From a virus: 64,000 nucleotides of DNA. Location of the stretch: positions 35,444 to 99,443 of IMG/VR virus record IMGVR_UViG_3300008261_001864; one strand, written 5' to 3'. Position 1 is the stretch's first letter; each line of letters starts with the position of its first letter. Position numbers and translations under genes: made by a program. Positions 1-9,295 of the stretch are shown one piece after another. Under the pieces are notes generated by a model. The model saw only the letters and a program-made list of their open reading frames with translations, did no database searches and was not told the origin of the DNA.

Positions 1-187
1 TAGCGATCCAGCCCGAAGGCATCAGTTGGCGTAGGGCTGCCTGAGTCAGACCGCCCGCCAAGTCGCCGCCAAGGTTCAGTTCCTTGTCGAGGACCGGCTT
101 GCCCGCCTGATAGACGGGCGTTTCCCAATTTCGCCCCGAGGGGTCAAGGTAGCCACTGACGGCAGGGCCGTAGTTCTTGCTGCTCAT
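1..187 (-). CDS. Partial (N-terminus only) phage baseplate/fibre-associated structural protein
   Basis: Manual translation from ATG 187: MSSKNYGPAVSGYLDPSGRNWETPVYQAGKPVLDKELN; Q-x-GKP-x-LD-x-ELN resembles N-termini of DUF4815/DUF6519-type virion proteins; runs off window. Confidence 0.6.
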   Translation of the reverse strand, partial: MSSKNYGPAVSGYLDPSGRNWETPVYQAGKPVLDKELNLGGDLAGGLTQAALRQLMPSGWIA

Positions 188-209
188 AGGGTGATCCTCT
201 CGGCCCGTA

Positions 210-854
210 CTAGAAGGTCAAGCGCCACACAATCGTCATCGTGGAGGTCGGAGGCTTGCTGATGACGGGAAACGTCAGGTAGTTGATGAGCGTTTCCTTG
301 GTGGTGAGGACCACGGTGGCGTCGTAGGTGCCGTTCGCGGGCGTCACAGGGTTCTTGATGGCGAGGTTCGACGACACGTTGCCGCCCACCAGACCCATCT
401 CACAGAGGGGGCCGACGGCCTCCGACTCCGTAAAGGTGGTGGTGAAGTCCACCACGTTCGTGGGGTACCCGACAGGGATGCCGCCCGAGTTGATGAACTG
501 TGTGTTTGCAAAAGTCTTGCGGGCGATCTCACTGTAGAGGGATCGCTGCGTGTTGGTGGGGGCCGGTGGCGACAAGACGCTCCAACCGGCGTCACCCGTA
601 CCTACCGCGAGACAGAAGGCACCGAAGGGTGCCTCCGAGTTGTCCTTGAGAAGTCGGGCCAAAAGGATGCTGGCATCCTTGACGACGAGATTTCGATGCT
701 CGCGGCGCTCCACGAGGTCACCCGAGGTCCCGTCCCGCAACTCCACGGTGACGTCACCCCTGATGTAGTACCCCTTGGGTTCTTCCACGCGGCTGACGAG
801 GTTGAGGGAGAGACGGGACTCTTGGGCGGTCGGCAGCGACTCAACACTCTTCAT
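210..854 (-). CDS. Baseplate/tail-collar-type structural protein
   Basis: AGGAGA RBS; LAVGTGD...L..EIARK...F..SEAVGPL.EMGL...TF pattern typical of small fibre-attachment/collar proteins. Confidence 0.55.
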   Translation of the reverse strand: MKSVESLPTAQESRLSLNLVSRVEEPKGYYIRGDVTVELRDGTSGDLVERREHRNLVVKDASILLARLLKDNSEAPFGAFCLAVGTGDAGWSVLSPPAPTNTQRSLYSEIARKTFANTQFINSGGIPVGYPTNVVDFTTTFTESEAVGPLCEMGLVGGNVSSNLAIKNPVTPANGTYDATVVLTTKETLINYLTFPVISKPPTSTMTIVWRLTF

Positions 855-905
855 CTGGTTCTCCTGTTCATCTTGGGTGGGGCCATAAGTGGAAGTGCGA
901 CCCCC

Positions 906-2084
906 TTACGGCTCCAAGTTGATGTGCGACGGTGTAGGTACCACAGGAATAAGGTTGTTGGCGGTGATAAACGGAGCGTGCCCAGCCGCCGCAGGGACAC
1001 CGAGTTCCCAATAGGTGTTGTTGAGGAACGCCACCTGCGCGGGGTCCCAAGTCAAAAAGTAGGCGTCGGCTGGCCCGTCCTCGGGAACGGGCATCGTTTC
1101 CGTGCGGAGATCGTCCACCGTGATGGTGGCCTCCATGAGACGCGGAAAGGCTGCCCACAGCACTACCCCTGGGCCATTGAGGAGACGAGGCGATACCCCC
1201 GACTGCCAAGTGTAGAGGGGGAAGGGGTCGAGGACGGCCGGAAACTCATAGGTGTCATATGCGGCCGTGCAGACATCCACGCTCTGCACCTCGATGGCAG
1301 AGTTGGCGATAGGGGCTTCAAGGGCGGGGCTGAAAAACACCTGTCCGAGAGGAGTGCCGAACAACCCTCCCTGCACCTCGCCGGTAAACCGAGACAGCGG
1401 TACCGTCACGGTGAGGTCTGGGTTGACCCATTGGAAGGTCGCCGTTCGAGGGATCAGGGACAAAAACCCTGTCGTCACCACCTGGTTACTGACCTCGACG
1501 ATGTTCCACTCCGTCGTCGAAAGGTCGCTGGCAACCCGCAACACCAACGAGGTCGGGCTGCCTGGCTGCTCCTGTGTGACCTCTTGAACGACGTTGAAAA
1601 CCCCTGCGACGTCCTTCACGGCATAGCTGGCGACGTCAAGCAGAGCGGCGTTCACCTGCATGGGCCGAACGAAGATGAGGCGCAGCCGTCGCGGACCCAC
1701 GGCAACCGCCGTAAAACACGGCTCCGTACTGTACCCCGTGAAGATGGCCGACCTGTGCTGCCCATCCAAAGGGATGTTCGAGAGGGTGAGCAGCGAATCG
1801 ACCACCACCGTGTAAAGCTGGTAGGACTGAACAGAGGTGTAGAGATACAGGGAGGCTGGGCTAAGGGGATCGGGTACGACACGATTGATGGTCAGCCCGG
1901 CAATCGTGTAGTTGGACGGCTGGAAAGTTGCTGGGTAGGTCGGATCGAGGTTGTCATCGAAGGTCAGCCGCACCACATAGGGGTTGACGGCCTCCGCAGC
2001 GATGAGCCGGAAGGTAGTGGTGGCGATGCCGCCGTAGGTGCCGGTGCCGTATGGCCCCGTGCCGAAGTAGCCGACAACAGGCAT
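906..2084 (-). CDS. Virion structural protein with tandem beta-sandwich domains
   Basis: 392 aa, N-terminal GYFGTGPYGTGTYGG, two beta-rich repeats (VRLTFDD/LRLIFVR); operon context. Confidence 0.5.
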   Translation of the reverse strand: MPVVGYFGTGPYGTGTYGGIATTTFRLIAAEAVNPYVVRLTFDDNLDPTYPATFQPSNYTIAGLTINRVVPDPLSPASLYLYTSVQSYQLYTVVVDSLLTLSNIPLDGQHRSAIFTGYSTEPCFTAVAVGPRRLRLIFVRPMQVNAALLDVASYAVKDVAGVFNVVQEVTQEQPGSPTSLVLRVASDLSTTEWNIVEVSNQVVTTGFLSLIPRTATFQWVNPDLTVTVPLSRFTGEVQGGLFGTPLGQVFFSPALEAPIANSAIEVQSVDVCTAAYDTYEFPAVLDPFPLYTWQSGVSPRLLNGPGVVLWAAFPRLMEATITVDDLRTETMPVPEDGPADAYFLTWDPAQVAFLNNTYWELGVPAAAGHAPFITANNLIPVVPTPSHINLEP

Positions 2085-2087
2085 CGT

Positions 2088-5000
2088 TTAGCTCACAACC
2101 GTCACGGTGACGGTGTTGTGGGACGGGTTTCGGACGATCTGGTAAGTGTGGTACGCCCCGTCAAGGAAGTCGAAGGGGATGCCTGCCAGCACACGTTGGG
2201 CGTTGAGGTCCACCACCGCGACGTACCGCTCTCCCGAAGGCAGGGTCTTGAACGCTAGGGCGACCGTCATACCAATCGCTGAAAAACCAAGCCTGATCTG
2301 GGAGTCACCCAACCCGTAGGTACCGTCCTGCTCGACTCGGATGCGGAACGACACACGGGTAGAGAGGCTCGGAGAGTCGGTGAGAGGGGTGTTGTTCCGA
2401 TAGATCGTCCTCGTGCCCGTCGCATCCGTGCCGTAGTTCAAGTGCAGGTAGGTCGCCTGCCGTGTGACGTGTGCGGCGTCGTCCGATGCCATCGTCCAAG
2501 GGGTAGGCTGGTTGGCGGCGTCCTCGGGCAGCGTCGTCCCGTCGTAGGAGAGGCAGACTTCCTTCTGCCACTCGAACGAGTAGTGGTGGAAGCTGTCTTG
2601 GTCGGTGAAGGGCGCGATCTTGTTGGGCTGGCCGGTAGTCTGCTCGATGACCTCAAGGCTGTTGTAGAGGACATCATCGGGCACGAGCAGTCGCCACACC
2701 GACGTACCATCGTTGAACTTGAAGTCGCCGTCCACGTTCATGACGTCCTCGGCACGGTTGAAGGCCGAGAGGAAGCGGCGGTACGGCGTGGGGACTCGGA
2801 CCTCCGAAGTCTGTGTGCGCGGGTAGAGGGGCGTGTCCTCGTTTAGCTTCGTGTACGCCTCAAGGGCAGGGTTGCGGAAAACGTCGTCCGTGCCCTGCGG
2901 AGGGATACCCGTGCTGCTCGACCAGAAGTTCGTGTGGGGGTGCGGGATGTTGGTCCGAAGATGCTCGGGACTCGCCATCACGTTCCGCTGGTTCATGTTC
3001 TGGTGATGCGGGACGATGCGAAGTTCGTTGGGCGATCTCGTGATCCCATAGCGAACATAGTCCCACGCCGACGAGGATAGGCGCGTGGGGTCGAAGGCTC
3101 CCCAACAGATGCTCGGGAGGCCGCCAGCCAGTTGCCGAGGGATGCCAACCGCGCTGTCGGGAAGGTCAACGTTGTTGTAGCCGACCGAGATGAAGGGTTC
3201 TGGGTCGGCATCTTGGATGACCGTCACGGCCCCTGCGGGCGTTCGAGCGATCTTGTAGTTGTGGGCGGTACGCCAATCCGTCTGCAACGGAACTCGGAAA
3301 CTCACCGTGCTGGGCTGCAACGCCACCACACGGTCGAGCGACAGGGCGTTCGAGGCTACCGAGAGGATACCGTACACCCCCTTGTTGGGGCCGTCGTCGA
3401 TGATGAGGTCATCCCCTGCCACCAGTGAAGGGGGAGGCAGGGTCGGAAGCGTCACGGTACTGCCCTGCACGGTGACGTTGCGGTAAGACGCCTTGAGCGG
3501 GAGGTGGTAGCCGATGAGACTGTCGGAGTCCTGCCCGCGCCACAACCCCACATAGAACTTCTGGTCCGACCAGAGCCGCCACGCATTGACGTAATGCCAA
3601 TCTGTCGTGCTGACCGCTTGGTTGCTGGAAGGCACCGCAGAACCAAACGACAGAACGCCTGTCAGACCTCCCCCAGAGGGCGCGGCAAAGGCCGTGTAGG
3701 GAAGGATACCCAGCAGCCCTTGGTCGGCAAACAGCGTGACGTTGCCCCCAATCTTTGCCACTCGGTAGATGTGTGGCTCGCCGTCCCCCCACTCGAACGG
3801 GTACCCCGCCAACACCGTACCGTCTGAGTGGAAGGCCACCTCGCGGACGCCACCGTTGACTCGCAACAAGACCCCGAGGGTACGCTGGCCGTCGTAGGCG
3901 TCCGCAGACACCCCGCAGAAGCCCACCCCGTCTGCCGTGTAGGAGTGAACGTGGCAGCGGAACTCCACCATGTAATCGTTGGAGGCACCGATGACGCGCT
4001 CATCCGACGTGAAGGGGGCAACGTCGTCCACATAGTAGACGAGGCCGCTTGTCGCCTGCGTGTCGGTGATGCGGAGGACTCGGCCAACCATCTGTGAGGA
4101 GGCCGTACCCATCTGGGACCACGGCGTGGGTGCCCACTCGGTCGGGAAACTACGGCCACCGTACCCAAGAATGGGAGCAGCCTTGCTGGTGAGAAACGAG
4201 AGTTGTGTGAGACGGGTACCATCGTCAATCGCCACCATCACGGCATTGGGGGCCACCCCATGCGTGTAGGTGTACCCTTGGACGGAGACATCGAGGATGA
4301 CGTCCGATGAAACCTCCAAGAGAGGCTCGATCCGCATGAGGCCACGGAAGTCACCCCCAACAAGCCCTGCTTTCTCGACGGTCGCTGCGTCGGTGGCGCT
4401 CGTTGAGCCGATAAGGACGAACTGTGAGGAGAGAATCGTCTCTGTCCCGTGGTAGCCCACGGGCGTCCAAGGGAAGGCCGCTTCCTCGGGGTGATCGTTG
4501 CCCTCGTAGCTTACAAAGACGCTAGGTGCCGTCTGGAGGGGGTTGGTAGGAAGCACTTGGTAACGGACGAAGTTCCACGCCGAAGTGTTGGTGGCGGCCC
4601 GACCAAGCGAACCCCAGAACACCTGCTGGACCTCGTTGAAGGGCGCAGGGACGTCCTCAAGGAAAGGTAGATCGTCCTCGTGAACCTTGAGGATTTCCAC
4701 CACCTCGCCGTCGATGTAGAGCCGAACAATGCCGTCGCGGCCTCGGAAGATGCGGTAGCTGCGAGGGAGCGACCAATCGAGCGTAGCGGGCGCGTTCGTA
4801 GCGTCCCCGTTCGTGTCGATGCCGCCCGTCCATGCCGCAGCGTCATCCGGCGTGTCAGCGTAGTCCTTCCGCAGGAAACCCACCTTCTTGATACCGCCGA
4901 CTTCAACGAAGCCCACCAGCATGGCTCGAAGGTCCGTAGAGTACCCCGCCGCCAACCCAGACCACACCCCTTGGTAGAGGGTGGCGGTTGCCGACTCGAT

Positions 5001-6251
5001 GCTCCACGCCAACGCAAAAGCATGGGGGAACGTCTGGTCGAGCCGCCGCCGCCAAAAGAGCGGGTTGCCGTTCGGGAACACACCCGCAGACGTTTTCTGA
5101 ACGACGAGGTTGGAAGCCGTCAGAGTAGTCGAGCCAGACCCTATCCGCTCCCACGGGTAGTAGATGTCGTTCTCTGGTAGCCCCGTCGGGGAGTACGAGA
5201 TGAACTGCGAGGTGACGGTCCGCTCAAGGGGCGGGTAGGCGATCCTGTGGGTAGGGGTGTTGAACACCAAGAGGTTGGGATCGTTGAAGATCGCCGTGTA
5301 GGCCCGCTCGTAGGCTCGGTAATGCAACTCACGCTGGGTGGGTTGCTCCAATGCGGCGGGCACAACGTTGTCGAGGTCCAGCAGCGTCCAAGACGTGTAG
5401 GGTCCGACCAGACCGGCCAACGTCACCTGTAGGCTGGTGGTCGATAGGATTGCCCCCACTTGCCTGTAGGTCGTGCCCGTTGTCCCCTGCAACGCCAAAG
5501 TGAGGCCGACGAACCCACTCAGTAGTGAGGCGCTCGTGAGCGTCACGGTGTCGGGGGCCGTCACCGTCACACCCGTACCCTGTTGGATGGTGCGGCTGGC
5601 CCTGTAGGAGGATGGCTCCAGCAGGACGTTGTTGTATCGGTAGGTGTGGTTTGTACCCGCGTTGGGTCGCCCGATGTCATGGTTCCAGCCGTTGAACTTG
5701 AACTCACGGGAGTTCAACCGCGTCACATCGACGGTGGGGTTACGAACCCACGAGTAGTCCACCTCAACGTGATCGCCCGACGCCAAAGGGCTGGGCATGA
5801 CGATCTGCCCCAGCAGCCCATAGACGGCATCTGGGGCCACGGGGGTACCGTTCACCCGTACCGTCACATGGCTGGGCTGGTCAGCGATCTGCCCTGTGCG
5901 AGCATCATAGACCCGCCACGATGTCGCAGGCGTGTCGGGGAGCGAGAAGCTGGCTCGCAACTTGAGTCGGTTCGAGGAGGGAACGCCGAGGATCAGATAA
6001 TCGCCGTCGTGCTTGCCCGACCCCGTGAGGTTTAGGTACTGGCCGACAAGGCTGGCCGAGAACTGCCCGCCGCTAACCTGCACGGTGTCATAAGACACGA
6101 AGGTTGCCGTGCTGCCCTGCAAGAGGGTGAGGGGCGGCTTGGCGATGGGTCCCTTGTCGGTGAACACCGAACGGGCATAGGGGGGTTCACCCGGTGGCCC
6201 GCCACCGTATGTCCCTGCGCCGTATGGTTCGTACCCGTAGCCTGTTGGCAC
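2088..6251 (-). CDS. Large baseplate/fibre protein with repeated lectin-like (ConA/LamG-type) domains
   Basis: 1387 aa, GTG start after GAGG; four Y-x-G..(L)PE..PW starts and H-x-Y-R/K-I endings. Confidence 0.55.
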   Translation of the reverse strand: MPTGYGYEPYGAGTYGGGPPGEPPYARSVFTDKGPIAKPPLTLLQGSTATFVSYDTVQVSGGQFSASLVGQYLNLTGSGKHDGDYLILGVPSSNRLKLRASFSLPDTPATSWRVYDARTGQIADQPSHVTVRVNGTPVAPDAVYGLLGQIVMPSPLASGDHVEVDYSWVRNPTVDVTRLNSREFKFNGWNHDIGRPNAGTNHTYRYNNVLLEPSSYRASRTIQQGTGVTVTAPDTVTLTSASLLSGFVGLTLALQGTTGTTYRQVGAILSTTSLQVTLAGLVGPYTSWTLLDLDNVVPAALEQPTQRELHYRAYERAYTAIFNDPNLLVFNTPTHRIAYPPLERTVTSQFISYSPTGLPENDIYYPWERIGSGSTTLTASNLVVQKTSAGVFPNGNPLFWRRRLDQTFPHAFALAWSIESATATLYQGVWSGLAAGYSTDLRAMLVGFVEVGGIKKVGFLRKDYADTPDDAAAWTGGIDTNGDATNAPATLDWSLPRSYRIFRGRDGIVRLYIDGEVVEILKVHEDDLPFLEDVPAPFNEVQQVFWGSLGRAATNTSAWNFVRYQVLPTNPLQTAPSVFVSYEGNDHPEEAAFPWTPVGYHGTETILSSQFVLIGSTSATDAATVEKAGLVGGDFRGLMRIEPLLEVSSDVILDVSVQGYTYTHGVAPNAVMVAIDDGTRLTQLSFLTSKAAPILGYGGRSFPTEWAPTPWSQMGTASSQMVGRVLRITDTQATSGLVYYVDDVAPFTSDERVIGASNDYMVEFRCHVHSYTADGVGFCGVSADAYDGQRTLGVLLRVNGGVREVAFHSDGTVLAGYPFEWGDGEPHIYRVAKIGGNVTLFADQGLLGILPYTAFAAPSGGGLTGVLSFGSAVPSSNQAVSTTDWHYVNAWRLWSDQKFYVGLWRGQDSDSLIGYHLPLKASYRNVTVQGSTVTLPTLPPPSLVAGDDLIIDDGPNKGVYGILSVASNALSLDRVVALQPSTVSFRVPLQTDWRTAHNYKIARTPAGAVTVIQDADPEPFISVGYNNVDLPDSAVGIPRQLAGGLPSICWGAFDPTRLSSSAWDYVRYGITRSPNELRIVPHHQNMNQRNVMASPEHLRTNIPHPHTNFWSSSTGIPPQGTDDVFRNPALEAYTKLNEDTPLYPRTQTSEVRVPTPYRRFLSAFNRAEDVMNVDGDFKFNDGTSVWRLLVPDDVLYNSLEVIEQTTGQPNKIAPFTDQDSFHHYSFEWQKEVCLSYDGTTLPEDAANQPTPWTMASDDAAHVTRQATYLHLNYGTDATGTRTIYRNNTPLTDSPSLSTRVSFRIRVEQDGTYGLGDSQIRLGFSAIGMTVALAFKTLPSGERYVAVVDLNAQRVLAGIPFDFLDGAYHTYQIVRNPSHNTVTVTVVS

Positions 6252-6263
6252 GATGAGCCTCGC

Positions 6264-8453
6264 CTACCAAGTGTAGATGACGACAAGACCACCGCCGCCT
6301 TTACCGCCAGCCCCCGAGGTGTACCCGTTGCGGGCCGCCCCACCGCCGCCGCCACCACCACCGCCGAGGCCACCAATCCCACCGGCACCGCCGTTTGCCG
6401 TGTAGCGACCTGCCCCACCACCAGCGCCACCTCCCGCAGGATAGAGAGGGTTACCCGTGAAGGTTGCAGCGGTTCCGGCCGACCCGTTGGGAGAGGCTTG
6501 GGAACCGCCCGCACCACTATTACCACCGCCCATGAACGGAGCGCCTTGGCTGCCTCCCGTACCGTACCCGAGGGTTGTGGCGGCGTCGATGCTACCACCG
6601 TTCCCACCTGCACCCGCACCAGCGTTTGACAATGAGGGGACGTAGGTAAAGCCAGAAGTCACCACAGAACCAGAAACAGCGATGTTGGATGCCCCCTTGT
6701 AAAGGGCATCGCCACCGCCCACCGTCGCCGTAGGTGTGGCAGAGGCCCCGGTCCCGCCGTAAGCAATCACTCGATTGGTAAGGGTGACCCCAAACGTCAC
6801 CGAAGAAGCAGCACCGTTGCTCCCAGCGGCGCTTATCGGTCCCGTAACCCCAGACCCACCATTTCCCCCACCCGAGACAGCAACGCTGCCGGTGCTGGGG
6901 AGGTTACTAGCCAGCAGGGTGGTGTCTGTGATACCGCCCCCACTTCCTCCCCCGCCGCCGTAACGAAAAGCCGTCGAGTCACCGCATTGGCCGGAAGCCC
7001 CGCCACCCCCGCTTCCCACCGCGATGATTCGCACGAACGTCGCATTAGCAGGTTTCGCCCAAGTGTAGGTACCAGCCGTCGAGTAAGCAAACATCTGCAC
7101 GGGCGTCGTCTGGGGAGACAAGTTCATCTGCACCCAATAGTTGCCGTCGTACATGAACTCGACAATCTCACGGGTGGCTATGGTGACATTGTTGAAAGGC
7201 AACGACAACTTCGACCCGACCAGCGGCCCACCGAGAGCGGCATCCTTCTGCAAAGTGACGGCTTCACCGATGTTCTGGAGGCGAATACAAGTGCCGACCA
7301 CGACGGGGACGGTGGTGAACGCGGTAGCCTTCATCGTCGTCTTGATGGTCGGTGTCGCACCAAGCGTCATCGAGAGCAGCGGATTGACTTGAAGGAACGG
7401 TTTGGGGGAGGCGTTGGGACCGCCCGCCGTGTTCGAGATTTCGATGGGTACAGACGTGGAAGCCAGAACTTGCGTCGTCTGCGGGGGGTACACCAACAAC
7501 CCGTCCAGGTTGATGTTGAACCCGTTTAGGTTCACAGGGCCAACAAGTCCCGCGCCCTCACCACCCCTGATAGTAACAGCCGTGCTAGTAGGGAAGGTGG
7601 AGAAGCTCGGCTGGATCAGTAGGTCGCCGTTATACGCTCGGCTGGTACCCTGCTGGACCAGCCACCCGTTCGCAATCAGCGGGGAGGACTCGTCGCCAAG
7701 GTAAGTGCAAGTAACCTCCGTGGTAGTCACTTGGCCGAACAAACCGGCCGTAGGACGCAGCCACAGGAGGCCACCATCAAACGAGATAGTCACGCTAGGG
7801 GCATCCGCTTCTGCCCGAAAAACAAACGTGAATGTCGCACCCTTCTGAATGTTCACAGGAAGGATGTTGTAATCGAACGGGTGTGAACTCGAAATGTCCA
7901 CCACCTGTATGGTGGCATCCACGCCGTACTCAAGGTCGAGGGTGACGATTCCGGCAGCCGTGTGATGAAAGTAGGCCACGTCACCCGCGTACCGACCCTC
8001 GCGCTCCCGCCGCTTTCGGAGGTAGGCGTCCAACAGGTAGTTCGAGTCACCCCGCTGACCACCCGCCCATCCAGAAGCCGTAGCCTCTGAGTCGCCAAGG
8101 TCACACATCTCGGGCGTCATGCCCGCTGACGGTAAGGACAAACCGTCGGCATCAGCCACGCCGAAGAACCTGACATCGCGGGTGGTACCTGTCTCGTCGA
8201 TGCGAGTCAGTTTGACGATGTAGATGCCATCGACAAACGGCCCCTGCGCGGTCGCCACCTGACTGTTGGAGTCAAGGATCGCTGGGGGGTTTGCCTGCGG
8301 GGAGGGCCATGACAGGAACTCCCAATAGGTGGTGACAGACGGTCCACCGAGGTCAGTCATGACCACGTTGGCGTCGGGGGCTAGTCCAAGAACGGACTTA
8401 CCCGCTGCCCCGACCGTGCTGTTCTGTGAAAACTGGATGCTCGCAGAGGCCAT
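6264..8453 (-). CDS. Tail fibre/spike-like protein with C-terminal glycine-rich domain
   Basis: Start revised to ATG 8453 (GGAGG RBS); YTWAKPANATFVRIIAVGSGGGG...GGGGLVVIYTW glycine-rich domain common in phage fibres. Confidence 0.65.
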   Translation of the reverse strand: MASASIQFSQNSTVGAAGKSVLGLAPDANVVMTDLGGPSVTTYWEFLSWPSPQANPPAILDSNSQVATAQGPFVDGIYIVKLTRIDETGTTRDVRFFGVADADGLSLPSAGMTPEMCDLGDSEATASGWAGGQRGDSNYLLDAYLRKRREREGRYAGDVAYFHHTAAGIVTLDLEYGVDATIQVVDISSSHPFDYNILPVNIQKGATFTFVFRAEADAPSVTISFDGGLLWLRPTAGLFGQVTTTEVTCTYLGDESSPLIANGWLVQQGTSRAYNGDLLIQPSFSTFPTSTAVTIRGGEGAGLVGPVNLNGFNINLDGLLVYPPQTTQVLASTSVPIEISNTAGGPNASPKPFLQVNPLLSMTLGATPTIKTTMKATAFTTVPVVVGTCIRLQNIGEAVTLQKDAALGGPLVGSKLSLPFNNVTIATREIVEFMYDGNYWVQMNLSPQTTPVQMFAYSTAGTYTWAKPANATFVRIIAVGSGGGGASGQCGDSTAFRYGGGGGSGGGITDTTLLASNLPSTGSVAVSGGGNGGSGVTGPISAAGSNGAASSVTFGVTLTNRVIAYGGTGASATPTATVGGGDALYKGASNIAVSGSVVTSGFTYVPSLSNAGAGAGGNGGSIDAATTLGYGTGGSQGAPFMGGGNSGAGGSQASPNGSAGTAATFTGNPLYPAGGGAGGGAGRYTANGGAGGIGGLGGGGGGGGGAARNGYTSGAGGKGGGGLVVIYTW

Positions 8454-8488
8454 GAGCCGCCCTCCATGCAGGGGTCGGTATTGAAAGA

Positions 8489-9292
8489 CTAGAAGTGATG
8501 AATCTCTGCGGTGACGTGAGCGTTGGCCTTCGTACCAAGCCGATCCTTGTCGCGGAGGCCACCCCAATAGGAGCGGAAGTCATCGTAGTAGTAGTTGGAC
8601 ATCGCCCATCGCATCGCATCCCCGATCACACCGTCCGTGGGGATGATCTTGTCTTGGAAGATGTAGCGGATGCGGTACAGGGTGTGGGCAGGTCGCACGA
8701 TGTCGATGATCTGCCGGATGGTCTTGTCGGCCTCGAAGGTGTTGGATGGGAACCCACCGCCAAGCGGGATCACGACGTCCACATCGAACCCAAACTGGTC
8801 CGAGATGTCGAGGCCGCTACCCCCCTGTCGAACGATCAGGTAGTTCTCGGTCACCTTGATGGTGCCCTGCATGAACAGGCCGACCACCTCGGCCAAGGAC
8901 GTAGGGATGCTGCCTTGGAAGTAGATTCGGATGAGGTTGAGCAGGACGTTGCGGAAACCCTCGTCCGAGAACTCCAGTTCGGGCAGACGCCCGTTCAAGA
9001 ACACGAAGTACCCGACGGTGGTGTAGAGGAACTCGCTTCGTGTGGTGTCAAAGGCGAAGTCGCTGGAGATGTCCTCCAGAGCCAGTTCCATCCTCGCCAA
9101 CTCGACCGCAACAGCCTTGAGTTCGACCGTGTAGTTGGGTCCCTCGACGGTTGAGGTGTAGTTCGAGGGCAGCAGGGCCAACAACTGGCTAAAGATGCCC
9201 TGCGCCCGGCGCACCAAACGTAGGTTGTACTCCTGACCTGTCTGCGAGACGGTCAGGTTTTTTCGCCAGCTTTCGCTTACAAAACGAGGCAT
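8489..9292 (-). CDS. Baseplate wedge protein (P2 gpI/Mu gp48-like)
   Basis: LLPS-x-Y N-terminus, FRNVLLNLIRIYFQG, IVRPAHT motif; directly follows baseplate J-like gene. Confidence 0.65.
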   Translation of the reverse strand: MPRFVSESWRKNLTVSQTGQEYNLRLVRRAQGIFSQLLALLPSNYTSTVEGPNYTVELKAVAVELARMELALEDISSDFAFDTTRSEFLYTTVGYFVFLNGRLPELEFSDEGFRNVLLNLIRIYFQGSIPTSLAEVVGLFMQGTIKVTENYLIVRQGGSGLDISDQFGFDVDVVIPLGGGFPSNTFEADKTIRQIIDIVRPAHTLYRIRYIFQDKIIPTDGVIGDAMRWAMSNYYYDDFRSYWGGLRDKDRLGTKANAHVTAEIHHF

Positions 9293-9295
9293 TGG

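Noticed and set aside
696-2258. Long plus-strand ORFs (also 15142..16512, 20434..21687, 46900..48510, 58864..60114)
   Set aside because: Antisense shadows of well-supported minus-strand genes; expected in GC-rich DNA and lacking recognisable motifs
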